Notes: generated by a model from the letters alone, not told the origin. Shown: positions 29,414 through 42,867, numbered from the stretch's first letter. The stretch is DNA of 64,000 bases from an uncultured Candidatus Rokubacteria bacterium (GCA_963758635.1 CAVWWD010000008.1:960001-1024000), one strand, 5' to 3'. A program made the numbers and translations.

Positions 29414-30136
29414 TCAGCCCCGGACCACGAGCACGAGACCGGACACGAAGAGCAGCGCGAACACGATCTGCCGGAATCGCGCGTGGTCCACGCGGTTGAA
29501 GAGAGCGACGCCCGCGCCGACGCCGATGGCGGCGGGCGCCGCGTACTGGAGCGTGAGGGCGCGCACCTCGCCGGTGACGAGACCGGCCCACCAGTAGCCG
29601 GCGAGGATCATGCCCTGGTTGGCGACGAAGAAGGCCTGCAGGTTCCCCTTGAGCGAGCGCGGGCTCCAGCCCTGCGCGGCCGCGTAGAGGATGACGGGCG
29701 GGCCCGGCGTGCCGACCGCCCCGCCGAAGATCCCGGCGAGGACGCCGGCCGCGACCGCGCGCGACCGTCCGGCCAGGCCATGCGGGTACCGGCCCCGCAC
29801 CTCGATGACCACCGCCGCGATCAGCACGAGGCCGATGATGCGATTCAGCAGCGAGGCGGGAAAGACGGCGAGGGCCCACACCCCGGGCGCGGTGCCCACG
29901 AGGCTGCCCAGGATGAGGTCGCCGAGGGCCTGCAGGCGCAGCTCGGACCGGAGCGGCACCACCACGATCAGGGCGAACACGACGGCGTAGATGGTGGTGA
30001 GCACGATCGCGTCGGTCGTCGGCATCACGAAGGGCAGGAGCGCGAGCGACACGAGGCCGATGCCGAAGCCGGCGAGCCCGTAGACGAAGCTCGCCACCGC
30101 GACGATCAGGGCGCCCAGGGTCCACGGGACGTTCAC
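29414..30136 (-). CDS. Sulfite exporter TauE/SafE family protein
   Basis: GLAGFGIG, GGAVGTPGPP; multiple hydrophobic segments. Confidence 0.88.
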   Translation of the reverse strand: MNVPWTLGALIVAVASFVYGLAGFGIGLVSLALLPFVMPTTDAIVLTTIYAVVFALIVVVPLRSELRLQALGDLILGSLVGTAPGVWALAVFPASLLNRIIGLVLIAAVVIEVRGRYPHGLAGRSRAVAAGVLAGIFGGAVGTPGPPVILYAAAQGWSPRSLKGNLQAFFVANQGMILAGYWWAGLVTGEVRALTLQYAAPAAIGVGAGVALFNRVDHARFRQIVFALLFVSGLVLVVRG

Positions 30137-30232
30137 CCCGGCACGCTAGCACGCGGACGAGCGGCAGGCGACCGCGGCGCGTGTGATACCCTCGACCCCC
30201 GGAACGACACGCCCGAACTCCGGAGGACCCAC

Positions 30233-31814
30233 ATGAAGCACCGCTCCGTGTACCGCACCGAGCTGACCCCGCTCGCCTTCCTCGATCGCAGCGCGGACGT
30301 GTTCGCCGACAAGGTCGCCGTCGTCCACGGCGCGCGGCGCTACACGTACCGTGACCTCGCCGCGCGCGTGAACCGCCTGGCCTCCTCGCTCCGGCGCGCC
30401 GGTCTCGCCAAGGGGGACCGCGTCGCCTTCCTGTGCCCGAACATCCCGGCCATGCTCGAGTCGCACTACGGCGTGCCCCTGGCCGGCGGCGTCCTGGTGG
30501 CCATCAACACCCGGCTGTCCTCGGACGAGATCGGCTACATCCTCGGCCATTCCGGCGCGCGATTCCTGTTCGTGGACGCCGAGCTCGAGCCCCTCGTGAA
30601 GCCGCTGGACCTCTCGTCGCTGCGCGTGGTCCGCGTGGACGACACCGGGGCGCCCGGCGATCCCTACGAGGATTTCCTCGCCCAGGGCTCGCCGGACCCG
30701 GTCGCCGAGCTGCCTCGAGGACGAGGAGGAGACGATCTCGATCAACTACACGTCGGGCACGACGGGCCGGCCCAAGGGCGTGATGTACACGTACCGCGGC
30801 GCGTACCTGAACGCGCTCGGCGAGGTGATCGAGACGGGCATGACGTTTTCGACCCGCTATCTCTGGACGCTCCCCATGTTCCACTGCAACGGCTGGTGCT
30901 TCACGTGGGGCGTGACGTCGGTGGCGGGCACCCACGTGTGCCTGCGCCGCGTGGACCCGGGGCGGGTCTGGGAGCTGCTGGACGGGGAGGGCATCACGCA
31001 CTACAACGGGGCGCCGACCGTGCAGATCGGCGTCGTGAACCATCCGTCCGCGCACCGCCTGGAGCGCCAGGTCACGGTGACGGTGGCGGGCGCGCCGCCC
31101 TCGCCGACGCTCCTGGGCCGGCTCCGCGAGCTGAACTTCCGCCCCGTGCACGTCTACGGGCTCACGGAGACGTACGGCCCGCACACGGTGTGCGAGTGGC
31201 AGGCGGAGTGGGACGCGCTGCCCGCCGACGAGCAGGCGCGGCGAGCCGCGCGGCAGGGCCAGGGCTACGTGAACTTCGACCTCGCGCGCGTCGTGGACGG
31301 GGAGATGAACGACGTCACCCGCGACGCCGAGACGCTGGGCGAGGTGTGCATGCGGGGCAACAACGTGATGAAGGGCTACTTCGACCAGCCCGAGGCCACG
31401 ACGGAAGCGTTCCGCGGCGGGTGGTTCCACTCCGGCGACATCGGCGTGTGGCACCCCGACGGGTACATCGAGCTGCGCGACCGCAAGAAGGACATCATCA
31501 TCTCGGGCGGGGAGAACATCTCGACGATCGAGGTCGAGCAGGCGGTGGCGCGCCATCCCGCCGTGCTCGAGTGCGCGGTGGTGGCGATCCCCGACGAGAA
31601 GTGGGGCGAGCGTCCCAAGGCCTTCGTCACCCTCAAGGTGGGCGCCTCGGCCACCGAGGACGAGATCATCGAGTTCTGCCGCTCGCAGATCGCGCACTTC
31701 AAGTGTCCGGCGGCCATCGAGTTCGGCGACCTGCCCAAGACCTCCACGGGGAAGGTGCAGAAGTTCGTGCTCCGCGACAAGGAGTGGGCGGGCCGCGCCA
31801 AGCGGATCAATTAG
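30233..31814 (+). CDS. Acyl-CoA ligase (AMP-binding; frameshift ~30712)
   Basis: LTPLAFLDR, INYTSGTTGRPKG, LPMFHCNGW, YGLTE, DRKKDIIISGGENIS, PKTSTGK. Confidence 0.92.
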
Positions 31815-31895
31815 GTGCGGGCGCCCGGGCTTCGCCCGCCCGCACCCGGCGGCCCGGGTGAGCGGTGACGATGCGCGGGCGCTTCGCCCGCCTCG

Positions 31896-33725
31896 TCAGC
31901 GTCGCAGGAGGTAGGGCACGTCGGTGACGACGGTGTTCTTGCGGTAGAGCAGCGCGCCCTTCACGAGGAGCGCGGTCTGGTTGTGCAGGACGTGCTGCCA
32001 CCAGCGCCGCGGGAGGAACTCGGGCAGCACGATCGTCACCATCTGGTCGTCGCCGCGCGCGTGGATGTGGTCGATGTAGTCGAGCAGGGGCCCGAGCAGC
32101 GACCGGTACGGTGACGTCAGCACGACCAGCGGCACGCCGAACCCGCACTTCGCCCACTTCTCCTCGAGCCGGCTCGTCCGCGCGGGGTCGGTCTCCACGT
32201 ACACGGCACGGACGGCGGCGTTCGGCGCCAGCGTGTTCGCGTACTGGACGGCCCGGACGACCCCCCGGTGCACGTCGCCGATCAGCACGAGCACGGTGTG
32301 CTTGAACTTCGGCAGCCCGTCCAGGCCTTCCAGCGACAGCTCCGACGCGACTTCCTCGTAGTGCCGGTGCATCGCCACGAAGGTCGCCACCAGGAGCGGG
32401 ATGATCACGACGACGATCCATGCGCCCTCGCGAACTTCGTCGCGGCGAGGGTGAGAGCACGATGCGCGGTGACGACCGCTCCCACGCCGCTGATGGCGAT
32501 GCGCCAGCGCCACCCGGGCTCGCGAAGCCTGAAGCCAGCGCACGACCATGCCGCTCTGGGAGAGCGTGAACGACAGGAAGACCCCCACGGCGTAGAGCGG
32601 GAGCAGCGAGCGCGTGTCGCCGGCGAAGCCCACGATGAGGAGGATGGCGAAGCCGCTCAGGATGAGGATCCCGTTGGTGAAGACCAGGCGGTCGCCCTGG
32701 GTCCCGAGCTGCCGCGGCATGAACCGGTCCCGCGCGAGGATGGAGGAGAGGCGCGGGAAACGCCGAGTAGGAGCCGTTGGCGGCCAGCAGCAGGATCATC
32801 ATCGTGCCGAGCTGGATGGCGTAGTACATCAGGCTCGTCCCGAACACCCGTCGCGCGACCTTCGAGACGACGGTCTCGTCCTCTCCCGGGACGATGCCGA
32901 AGTCGTAGGCGAGGTAGGTGATGCCGAGGAACATGACGATCGAGAGCACTCCGAGCCACGTCATGACGGTCTGGGCGTTCGGGCCCTCGGGCGACCGGAG
33001 CGCGGGGACGCCGTTGGAGACCGCTTCGACGCCGGTCAGCGCGGTGCAGCCGGCGGCGAAGGCGCGCAGGAGGAGGAAGAGGCCGATGCCCTCGAGGCCC
33101 GGGAGGGTGGGGCGCATAGGGCGCCTCGGGCAGGAGGTCGAGCCACGCCGCCACCAGCCCATAGCCGATCATGGCGAGCATCTCGCCACGAAGAAGTACG
33201 TCGGGAGCGGCGAAGATCCGGCCGGACTCGCGTAGCCCGCGGAGGTTCCCGAGGGTGATGGCCGCCACGGCGAGGATCCCGAGGAGGACGCGGTAAGGCA
33301 GGAAGCGCGGGAAGGCGGAGGTGATGGCGGCAACGCCGGCGGCGACCGAGACGGACACGGTGAGGACGTAGTCGGTCAGGAGCGCGGCCGCGGCCACGAG
33401 GGCCGGGCGTCTGGCCGAGGTTCTCGCGAGCCACGACGTACGCGCCGCCTCCCTGAGGATACGCGGCCACCGTCTGACGGTACGAGGTGACCACGATGGC
33501 GAGGAGGGCGGCGATGGCGACGCCGATGGGCAGGGAATAGCTGAGAGCGGCGCTGCCCGCGAGGACCAGGACGTGGAGGATCTCCTCGGTGGCGTAGGCC
33601 ACCGAGGACAGGGGGTCGGAGGCGAAGATCGCGAGCGCGACCGCGTTTCCAAGACGCTCGTGGCGGGCCTGGGCGAGCGACATGGGTGCGCCGACGAAGA
33701 AGCGCTTGAGGAGGGCGAGTCGCAT
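31896..33725 (-). CDS. APC-family permease, KimA/YdaO-like K+ transporter (multiple frameshifts)
   Basis: FASDPLSSVAYATEE, YPQGGGAY, GCTALTGVEAVSNGV, LPLYAVGVFLSFTLSQSGM, LHNQTA. Confidence 0.85.
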
Positions 33726-33807
33726 GAGTCATCGAAACTCTACGCCCGGGCCGGCGGCCGAGGGGATCTTTTTGACCGAGCGGCGGACGTGGCCGGGCCG
33801 GCCGGCT

Positions 33808-36479
33808 CAGGCGGCGCTCGGCTTGATCGGCCTCGCCCACCGGCAGCGTGAACAGGAACGCCACGCCGCCCCCCGGCAGGTTGTGCGCCCAGATGCGGCC
33901 GCCGTGCGCCCGGACGATGCCGCGGCAGATGGCGAGGCCGAGCCCGGCGCCGCGCGCCCCGAGCTGCTCGCCCCGGTAGAACTTCTCGAAGACCTCCTCT
34001 TCCTCGCCCGGCGGGAGGCCGGGCCCGCGGTCGGCGACCTCGATGGTCACGTTGTGCTCGGTCGCGGTCGCGATCACCTCGATCGGGCTGCCCGGCGGGC
34101 GTGTACTTCAGCGCGTTGTCGAGGAGGTTGACGAGCACCTGCTCGATGAGCACGTCGTCCATCGGGACCAGCGGAAGGTCCGGCGGCACGCGGGTGGTGA
34201 CGCGCCGGCCCGCGAGCCGCTTGCCCAGCCGACCCAGCGCGGCGCCGATGATCTCTTCCGGCGGGTGAAGGTCGCGGCGAAGCTGGAGCGCGCCCGACTC
34301 GAGGCGGGTCATCTCGAGGAGGTTGTGCACCAGCCGGTTGAGGCGCTCGGCCTCGTCGCGCACGGATTCCACGAGCTCGCGCTGGGTCGAATCGAGGGGC
34401 TTGCCGGATTCGAGGATGGCGGTGGAGGCGCCGGTGATGGCGGCCAGCGGGGTCCGGAGGTCGTGCGAGACCGAGCTGAGCAGGGAATTGCGCAGGCGCT
34501 CCGTCTCGATCCGGAGCTCGGCCTGCTGCGCCTCCTCGGCGAGGCGGGCCCGCTCGAGCGCCAGCGCGATCTGCCCGGCGAACGTCTCGAGGCGGTGGAG
34601 GAGCTCCGGCTCGTCCATCGCGTGTGGGTCGGCGGGCCGGATCCCGAGCACGCCCACCGGGCCCGACGAGCCGATCAGCGGCACGTAGAGGGCGGAGGCG
34701 CCGGGGAGGGTCGTCGTGCCGAGCCCGGCGGGCTGACGGTGCTCGAAGACCCAGCGGCCGACCCCGAGGTCGTTGTCGTCCACGTCGAACTGGCCGCCGC
34801 CCCCCGCCTCCAGACGGCCGCCCGCGCCGGGCAGGAGGACGACGATCTGGCCCCGGAAGACGTCGGCCACGTGCCGGATCGCGATCTCCAGCAGGTTGTC
34901 CAGGCCGCGCGTGCTCGACAGCTCACGGCTCATGGCGTACAGCGTCGCCGTCTCCTGCTCACGATGCTGGGCGGCGTCGGCTTGCGCCCGTGTCCGGGCG
35001 GTCAGGCCGCTGATGACGAAGCCGACCGCGAGCATCACCAGGAAGGTGAACACGTAGCGGAAATCCGACACGGCGAAGGTGAGGTAGGGCGGGACGAAGA
35101 AGAAGTCGAAGGCGGCGACGCTCAGGACCGAGGCGGCCAGCGAGGGAGCCCGACCGGTGCGCATCGCGACGATCACGATGGCGAGCAGGTAGAGCATGAC
35201 GACGTTCGAGAGCTCCGAGAACGGAAACAGGAGCCAGGCCACACCGGTGGCCGCGGCGACGATCCCCCCGCCCACGCGTACGCGAGCCAGTCGGTGGCGA
35301 GCGGGCGGCGGGAGAGCGAACGGGAGCCGCGCCCTCCTCCCGCGCGCCGCTGATCACCTGCACGTCGATGTCGCCGCTGCCCTGGACGAGCGCGTCGACG
35401 ATCGAGCCCATGAGGATGCGCTGCCAGAGCTTGCGGGTGGGCTTGCCGACCACGATCCGGGTGACGTTCCTGTCCCGCGCGTAGGCGAGGATGGCCTCGC
35501 TCATCGTCTGGCCGCTCAGCGTGATCGTCTGGGCGCCCAGCGACTCGGCCAGGCGCAGGGTCTGGATCACGCTGTCCTTGGCCTCCGCGGGCAGGCGCAG
35601 GCTCGCCGGCGTCTCCACGTAGGCGGCGATCCACTCCGCGCCCATCTGATCGGCCATGCGCTTGGCGGCGCGCACGAGGCGCGTGGACCAGGGGGTGGGC
35701 CCGATGGCCACGAGGATGCGCTCGGCCGTCGGCCAGACGCTCGCGATGGCGTGCTCGCGCCGGTAGACGCGCATCTGCGCGTCGACCCGCTCGGCGGTGC
35801 GGCGCAGTGACAGCTCGCGGAGGGCGATGAGGTTGCCCTTGCGGAAGAAGTTCTCCAGCCCCTCCTGGGCGAGGCCCGGCACGTAGACCTTGCCCTCGCG
35901 GAAGCGCTCGAGCAGGTCGTCGGGCGGCAGGTCGATCAGCTCGACCTCGTCGGCCTGCTCGAAGACGGAGTCGGGGACGGTCTCGCGCATGACGACGCCG
36001 GTGACCTTGGCGACGACGTCGTTCAGGCTCTCGATGTGCTGGACGTTCACGGTGGTGTAGACGTCGATGCCGGCGTCGAGCAGCTCGACGACGTCCTGCC
36101 ACCGCTTGGCGTGGCGCGATCCGGGAGCGTTGGTGTGGGCCAGCTCGTCGACGAGGACGATGGCGGGGCGGCGGGCGAGCGCGCCGTCGAGGTCGAACTC
36201 CTGGAGAGCGGTGCCGCGGTACTCCGCAATGCGGCGGGGCAGGACCTCGAGCCCGTCGAGGAGGGCCTCGGTCTCGGCCCGGCCGTGCGTCTCCACGTAG
36301 CCGACGACGACGTCCACGCCGTCCGCGCGCTGCTCGCGCGCCGCCTCCAGCATGGCGTACGTCTTGCCGACGCCGGCCGCCGCGCCGAAGAAGACCTTCA
36401 GCTTTCCGCGGCGGGCCCGCGCCTCCTCTTCCTTGACGCGGGCCAGGAGCGCCTCGGGATCGGGCCGCTGCTCGCTCAT
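33808..36479 (-). CDS. kdpD: Sensor histidine kinase KdpD (frameshifts)
   Basis: RPDPEALL...GAAAGVGKTYAML, VDELAHTN, FFRKGNLIALRE, TM block, SVSHDLRTPL, GLGLAIC; 3' end approximate. Confidence 0.93.
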
Positions 36480-36564
36480 GGGTGGTCTCGGCCCATTCTA
36501 CGCGCGGGCGAAGGCTCGGGCCGCGCCGCCAAGAGGGGCCAACGGACCGTCCCGTAGCGAGCCA

Positions 36565-36618
36565 TTTACGCGGAGCTGGGCCATTTTAGTGCGGCGTTTA
36601 CGGGCCGGTCCCTACGCT
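36565..36618 (+). promoter_or_regulatory. Putative KdpE-binding TTTA repeats and promoter of the kdp operon
   Basis: TTTA at 36565, 36585 and 36597 in a GC-rich background, followed by TACGCT (-10-like). Confidence 0.35.
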
Positions 36619-36640
36619 GTCCGGGTAGGAGGTGAACCTC

Positions 36641-36724
36641 ATGGGCGACGTGGTGTACCTCGGCCTTACCGTGCTGTTCTTCGGGCTCACCTGGGCCTTC
36701 GTGACGCTCTGCGATCGGGTGTAG
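36641..36724 (+). CDS. 27-aa hydrophobic peptide upstream of kdpF
   Basis: Strong RBS AGGAGGTGA; MGDVVYLGLTVLFFGLTWAFVTLCDRV. Confidence 0.72.
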   Translation: MGDVVYLGLTVLFFGLTWAFVTLCDRV

Positions 36725-36734
36725 GAGGAAAGCC

Positions 36735-36827
36735 ATGCCGTTGCTCTACGTCGTCGGGGGAATCGTGGCGGTGGGCCTGCTGGTGTATCTCGTGCTGGCC
36801 CTGCTGAAGCCGGAGATCTTCGCGTGA
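36735..36827 (+). CDS. kdpF: K+-transporting ATPase subunit F
   Basis: [30 protein letters not shown] with the YL..AL..PE.F signature; overlaps kdpA start (GTGA). Confidence 0.88.
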   Translation: MPLLYVVGGIVAVGLLVYLVLALLKPEIFA

Positions 36828-38630
36828 CCGCGCCGGGAGTGCTCCAGCTCGTCCTGTACGTGGTGGTCCTGCTCGCGCTGGCCAAGCCGCTCGGCGCCTA
36901 CATGGCGCGCGTCTACATGGGGCAGCCGATCGGGCTCGACCGGGTCCTCGGGTGGCTCGAGCGGCTCGTCTACCGCGTGTCCGGCGTCCGGCCCCAGGAG
37001 GAGATGGGCTGGAAGACCTACGCCGTCACCATGCTGGTCTTCAACTTCGCGGGCCTTCTCGTCGTGTACGCGCTCCAGCGCTTCCAGGGCGTGCTGCCCT
37101 TGAACCCGCAGGGCCTCGCGGCGGTGTCGCCCGACTCCTCGTTCAATACCGCCGTGAGCTTCGCCACGAACACGAACTGGCAAGGCTACGGCGGCGAGAC
37201 CACGATGAGCTACCTCACCCAGATGCTGGGGCTCACCGTCCAGAACTTCGTGTCGGCGGCGGCCGGCATGGCCACGCTGGCCGCGTTCATGCGGGGCTTC
37301 GCGCGACGCTCCGCCGCCACCATCGGCAACTTCTGGGTCGACCTGACCCGGACCACGCTCTACATCCTGCTGCCGCTATCGTTCGTCCTCGCCCTGATCC
37401 TGGTGTCGCAGGGCGTGGTTCAGACGCTCTCGCCCTACGCGAAGGTCGCGGTCGTCCAGCAGACCCAGTACGACGAGCCGGTCACGGACGCCGACGGCAA
37501 GCCCGTCCTCGACGAGAAGGGCCAGCCGAAGACGAAGAAGTCCACGCTGACCGAGCAGGTGCTGGCGCTCGGGCCCGCGGCCTCCCAGATCGCGATCAAG
37601 CAGCTCGGGACCAACGGCGGCGGCTTCTTCAACGTGAACTCCGCGCACCCCTTCGAGAACGCGACGCCGCTCTCGAACTTCCTCGAGCTGCTCTCGATCC
37701 TCGTGATCTCGGCCGCCCTCTGCTACACGTTCGGCGTCATGGTCGGGGACACGCGCCAGGGCTGGGCGGTGCTGGCCGCCATGACCGTCATCTTCGTCGG
37801 GCTCCTCGCCGTCTGCGTGGTCGCCGAGCAGCAGGGCGCCACCCTGGCCGGGACAAGGCGTGGACCACACGGCCAGCACGCTGCACTCCGGCGGCAACAT
37901 GGAGGGCAAGGAGGTCCGCTTCGGGATCGCCAACTCGGCGCTCTGGGCCACCGCCACCACGGCGGCGTCGAACGGGTCCGTCAACGCCATGCACGACTCC
38001 TTCACGCCGATCGGCGGGCTGGTGCCGATGTGGCTGATGCAGCTCGGCGAGGTGGTGTACGGCGGCGTGGGCTCCGGCCTGTACGGCATGCTCGTCTTCG
38101 CCATCATCGCCGTCTTCGTGGCCGGCCTCATGGTCGGCCGCACCCCCGAGTACCTCGGCAAGAAGATCGAGGCCTACGAGATGAAGATGGCGTCCCTCGT
38201 CATCCTCATCCCGCCGGCGGTGGTCCTGATCGGGACGGCGGTGGCGGTGGTGAGCCCGGGCGGCAAGGCGACCGTCTTCAATCCCGGCGCCCACGGCTTC
38301 AGCGAGGTGCTGTACGCGTTCTCGTCGGCCGGCAACAACAACGGCAGCGCGTTCGCGGGGCTCGGCGCCAACACGCCGTTCTACAACACCTCGCTGGGCA
38401 TCGCGATGCTCTTCGCCCGGTACTGGCTGGCCGTGCCCACGCTGGCCATCGCCGGCTCGCTGGCCCGAAAGAAGTCGGTCCCGCCCGGCGTGGGGACGCT
38501 GCCGACCCACACGCCGCTCTTCGCCGGGCTCCTGATCGGCGTGGTGCTGCTCGTCGGCGCCCTGACGTTCGTGCCGGCCCTGGCGCTGGGGCCGATCGTC
38601 GAGCATCTCATCCTCGTCGCGGCGAAGTGA
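36824..38630 (+). CDS. kdpA: K+-transporting ATPase subunit A (frameshift ~37850)
   Basis: [41 protein letters not shown]. Confidence 0.95.
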
Positions 38631-38641
38631 GGAAGCGAGCC

Positions 38642-40714
38642 ATGGCAAGCACCGGCAAGACCCGATCGCTGTTCGATCCGTCGATCCTCCGGCAGGCCGC
38701 CATCGACGCGTTCCGCAAGCTCACGCCCGCGCGGCAGGTGCGGAACCCCGTGATGTTCGTGGTCTACGTGGGGTCGATCCTGACCACGCTCCTCTGGGTC
38801 CAGGCCGTCGTCGGCCGGGGCGAGGCGCCGCCGTGGTTCATCTTCTGGGTGTCGGTGTGGCTCTGGTTCACGGTGCTGTTCGCCAACTTCGCCGAGGCGA
38901 TGGCCGAGGGCCGGGGCAAGGCCCAGGCCGCCTCGCTCCGGAAGGCCCGGCGCGAGCTCTCGGCCAAGAAGCTCCGGCGGGCGGAGCGCGGCGCCGGCTT
39001 CGAGCTCGTGCCCGCCCCGGCGCTGCGCAAGGACGACCTGGTGCTGGTCGAGGCCGGCGACGTCATCCCCGCCGACGCCGAGGTGATCGAGGGCGTCGCC
39101 TCGGTGAACGAGGCGGCCATCACCGGCGAGAGCGCGCCGGTCATCCGCGAGAGCGGCGGCGACCGGAGCTCGGTGACGGGCGGCACCCAGGTCCTGTCGG
39201 ACTGGCTCGTCGTGCGGGTCACCGCCAACCCGGGCGAGGCGTTCCTCGACCGGATGATCGCGCTGGTCGAGGGGGCCCGCCGGCAGAAGACCCCGAACGA
39301 GATCGCGCTGGACATCCTGCTCGCCGCCATGACGATCATCTTCCTGCTCGCCACCGCCACGCTGCTCCCGTTCTCGATCTATAGCGTCGGGGCGGCTGGC
39401 CAGGGAACGCCGGTCACGGTGACCGTGCTCGTCGCCCTGCTCGTCTGCCTGATCCCGACCACCATCGGCGCGCTCCTGTCGGCCATCGGCATCGCCGGCA
39501 TGGACCGCATGATCCAGAAGAACGTCATCGCCATGTCCGGCCGGGCGGTGGAGGCGGCCGGCGACGTGGACGTCCTCCTGCTCGACAAGACGGGAACGAT
39601 CACGCTCGGAAACCGACAGGCCACCGCTTTCTTCCCGGCCGAGGGCGTGACCGAGAGCGAGCTGGCCGATGCCGCCCAGCTCGCTTCGCTGGCCGACGAG
39701 ACCCCGGAGGGTCGCAGCATCGTGGTCCTGGCGAAGGAGAAGTACCGGCTGCGCGAGCGCGAGGTGGAGAAGCTCGGGGCGACGTTCGTGGCCTTCACCG
39801 CGCAGACGCGGATGAGCGGCGTGAACCTCAACGGGCGTCAGGTGCGCAAGGGGGCCGCGGACGCCATCGAGGCCCACGTGACCCGCCTGGGCGGCGCCTT
39901 CCCCGCGGGCGTGCGCGCCATCGGCGACCGGATCGCGCGGGAGGGGGCCACGCCGCTCGTGGTCTCGGACGGCGCCTCGGTGCTCGGTGTCATCCAGCTC
40001 AAGGACATCGTGAAGGGTGGGATCAAGGAGCGCTTCGGCGAGCTCCGGCGGATGGGCATCCGGACCGTCATGATCACCGGCGACAACGCGCTCACCGCGG
40101 CGGCGATCGCCGCCGAGGCCGGCGTCGACGACTTCCTGGCCCAGGCCACGCCGGAAGCCAAGCTCAAGCTGATCCGGGACACCCAGGCGCAGGGACGACT
40201 GGTCGCCATGACCGGCGACGGCACGAACGACGCGCCCGCGCTCGCCCAGGCCGACGTGGCGGTGGCCATGAACACCGGCACCCAGGCCGCCAAGGAAGCC
40301 GGCAACATGATCGACCTCGACTCGAACCCGACCAAGCTCCTCGAGGTGGTGGAGACGGGCAAGCAGATGCTGATGACCCGTGGCGCGCTGACCACCTTCA
40401 GCATCGCCAATGACGTGGCCAAGTACTTCGCCATCATCCCCGCCGCGTTCGCCACGACCTATCCCGCCCTCGAGGCGCTGAACGTCATGCGCCTGGCCAC
40501 GCCGCAAAGCGCGATCCTGTCCGCCGTCATCTTCAACGCCCTGATCATCGTCGCCCTCATCCCGCTCGCCCTGAAGGGCGTCCGGTACCGGGCGCTCGGG
40601 GCCGCCGCGGTCCTGCGCCGCCACGTGTGGATCTACGGGGTCGGCGGCATCGTCATCCCGTTCCCGGGCATCAAGCTGGTCGACATGCTGCTCGTCGCCC
40701 TGCGCCTCGTGTAA
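38642..40714 (+). CDS. kdpB: K+-transporting ATPase subunit B
   Basis: [35 protein letters not shown]. Confidence 0.97.
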   Translation: MASTGKTRSLFDPSILRQAAIDAFRKLTPARQVRNPVMFVVYVGSILTTLLWVQAVVGRGEAPPWFIFWVSVWLWFTVLFANFAEAMAEGRGKAQAASLRKARRELSAKKLRRAERGAGFELVPAPALRKDDLVLVEAGDVIPADAEVIEGVASVNEAAITGESAPVIRESGGDRSSVTGGTQVLSDWLVVRVTANPGEAFLDRMIALVEGARRQKTPNEIALDILLAAMTIIFLLATATLLPFSIYSVGAAGQGTPVTVTVLVALLVCLIPTTIGALLSAIGIAGMDRMIQKNVIAMSGRAVEAAGDVDVLLLDKTGTITLGNRQATAFFPAEGVTESELADAAQLASLADETPEGRSIVVLAKEKYRLREREVEKLGATFVAFTAQTRMSGVNLNGRQVRKGAADAIEAHVTRLGGAFPAGVRAIGDRIAREGATPLVVSDGASVLGVIQLKDIVKGGIKERFGELRRMGIRTVMITGDNALTAAAIAAEAGVDDFLAQATPEAKLKLIRDTQAQGRLVAMTGDGTNDAPALAQADVAVAMNTGTQAAKEAGNMIDLDSNPTKLLEVVETGKQMLMTRGALTTFSIANDVAKYFAIIPAAFATTYPALEALNVMRLATPQSAILSAVIFNALIIVALIPLALKGVRYRALGAAAVLRRHVWIYGVGGIVIPFPGIKLVDMLLVALRLV

Positions 40715-40808
40715 TGCCCCTCGCAGAATACGGTAACCGCCACGGGCCCCTACAGTCCCACCGCTCGGCATTGGTCTGATGCGCGTGGCTCATAGAGGAG
40801 ATCGAGAC

Positions 40809-41384
40809 ATGCTCGCGCACTGCCGCACCGCCATCGTGTTGCTGGTCCTGCTGTCCGCCATCACGGGGATCGCGTACCCGGCGCTGGTGACCGCCATCGC
40901 CCAGGTCGTGTTCCCGTACCAGGCCAACGGCAGCCTGGTGATGAAGGACGGCAAGCCCGTGGGCTCGGCCCTGATCGGGCAGCCCTTCGACGACCCGAAG
41001 TACTTCTGGAGCCGCCCATCGGCAACGTCGCCCTTCCCTTACAACGCGGGCGCATCGTCAGGCTCGAACCTGGGCCCGATCAACCCGGCGCTCGCCGACG
41101 CGGTCAAGGGACGCGTCGAGGCGCTCCGTGCCGCCGACCCGGGTAACACCGCGCCGGTGCCCGTGGACCTCGTCACGGCCTCGGGCAGCGGGCTCGACCC
41201 GCACATCAGCCCGGCCGCCGCGCTCTACCAGGTCCGCCGGGTCGCCAAGGCGCGCAGCCTGGACGAGGGCGCGGTGCGCGATCTCGTCGTCCAGCACGTG
41301 GAGAGCCGGCAACTCGGCATCCTCGGCGAGCCACGGGTCAACGTGCTCGCGCTGAACCTCGCCCTCGACGCCCGCGGCAAGTGA
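40809..41384 (+). CDS. kdpC: K+-transporting ATPase subunit C
   Basis: [40 protein letters not shown]. Confidence 0.95.
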   Translation: MLAHCRTAIVLLVLLSAITGIAYPALVTAIAQVVFPYQANGSLVMKDGKPVGSALIGQPFDDPKYFWSRPSATSPFPYNAGASSGSNLGPINPALADAVKGRVEALRAADPGNTAPVPVDLVTASGSGLDPHISPAAALYQVRRVAKARSLDEGAVRDLVVQHVESRQLGILGEPRVNVLALNLALDARGK

Positions 41385-41520
41385 CCGCGGGCGTCCCACG
41401 ATCGACTCCTCGCACGCTGCAGACCTTCGCGATCCGGTGGTGACGGCGGCCGCCGCCGATGTTGTCCCTCGCGGTGACCGAGGTCCGGCCGCGGCGTAGA
41501 ATGCGGTGGGAGCAGACATC

Positions 41521-42867
41521 ATGAACGGCACCGATCGCCTCCTCGCCGCCATCCGGAGCCTTGCCGCCGGCGACGCCGACGCCCGCGATCACGCGCTCGT
41601 CGAGGAAGCGCATCCCGCCGACATCGCCGCCGCGCTGCGCGAGCTGCCGCTCGTCGAGCAGGTCGCGGTGTTCCGCGGGCTGGCCCAGGAGCGCGCGGGC
41701 GAGGTCCTCTCGGAGCTCGACGACGACGCGCTCCTGCAGCTCGTGCGGGCGCTCGACGAGGTCGAGGTCTCGCGGATCCTCGACGAGATGCCGCCGAAGC
41801 ACGCCGCGGATGTCGTGGAGGAGCTGTCGACCGAGCAGGCGGAGAAGATCCTGGACCTCATGCAGGAGGAGAAGTCGGAGGAGATCCAGGAGATCCTCGA
41901 GTACCCGGAGCACTCCGCGGGCCGCCTCATGTCGCCCGACTTCGTGGCCGTGAACGAGGTCGGCGACGGTCGAAGCAGGCGATCGATCACATCCGGAAGT
42001 CCGCCTCCCAGGAGCGCGCATTCGACCTCTACGTGGTCGACGATCACCGCCATCTCGTCGGGGTCGTGCCACTGCGCCGGCTGCTGACCGCCAGCCCCGC
42101 GAGCCCGGTCTTCGCCGTGCGGGACGAGAACGTGGTGAGCGTGACCCCCGAGATGGACCAGGAAGACGTGGCGCGCCTGGTCGCGAAGTACGACCTGGTG
42201 ACCGTGCCCGTGGTCGACGCGCGCCAGCATCTCGTCGGGACCATCGCGGTGGACGACGTCCTCGACATCGTGGGCGAGGAGGCGTCCGAGGACATCTTCC
42301 GGATCGCCGGATCGGACGCGGCGGAGCTGGAGCGCCGGTCGCCCGGGCAGGTGGCGCTCATGCGGCTGCCGTGGGTGCTCGCCACGCTCCTCATCGAGCT
42401 GGGAGCCGGTGTGGTCATTCACTACTTCGACGCGACGTTGAGCCGCGTCATCCTGCTCGCGTCGTTCATGCCCGTGATCCAGGCGATCTCGGGCAACACG
42501 GGGCTCCAGTCGGTGACGATGGTGGTCCGCGGGCTGGCGACGGGGCAGGTGCAGATCACCCGCTGGTGGGAGCCGCTCCGCCGGCAGATGCAGACGTCGA
42601 GCATCCTGGGCGGCGTATGCGGCGTGCTCGTCGGGGTCATCGGGACCGTCTGGCACTCGCCGGCCTTCGGGTCTCGTGGTGGGGGTCTCGATGTTCATCT
42701 CGGTCAACCTGTCGGGCATCGCCGGCACGGTCATCCCCATGCTGTCCAAGCGCCTCGGCTTCGATCCCGCCCTCACCGCAGGGCCGTTCGAGACGGCGTT
42801 CCAGGACGTGCTCGGCATCACGATCTTCCTCTCCCTCGCGACCGCGCTCATCCACTGGCTGGCGTGA
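41521..42867 (+). CDS. mgtE: Magnesium transporter (frameshifts)
   Basis: HPADIA, YPEHSAGRLM, CBS pair, RLPW, GNTGLQS, DPALTAGPFETAFQD. Confidence 0.9.

Noticed and set aside
33726..36640. c-di-AMP (ydaO) riboswitch upstream of kimA or kdp
   Set aside because: The intergenic gaps are short and no conserved ydaO motifs were seen by eye; an Infernal search would settle it.
36824..40714. 1296-aa KdpA-KdpB fusion in the ORF track
   Set aside because: An indel near 37850 shifts the frame; kdpA has its own stop at 38630 and kdpB its own ATG at 38642.
11010..40760. Shared 12-mer CCTACAGTCCCA at 11010 and 40749 (the latter in the unusually long kdpB-kdpC gap)
   Set aside because: Too short to distinguish from chance without a genome-wide count.
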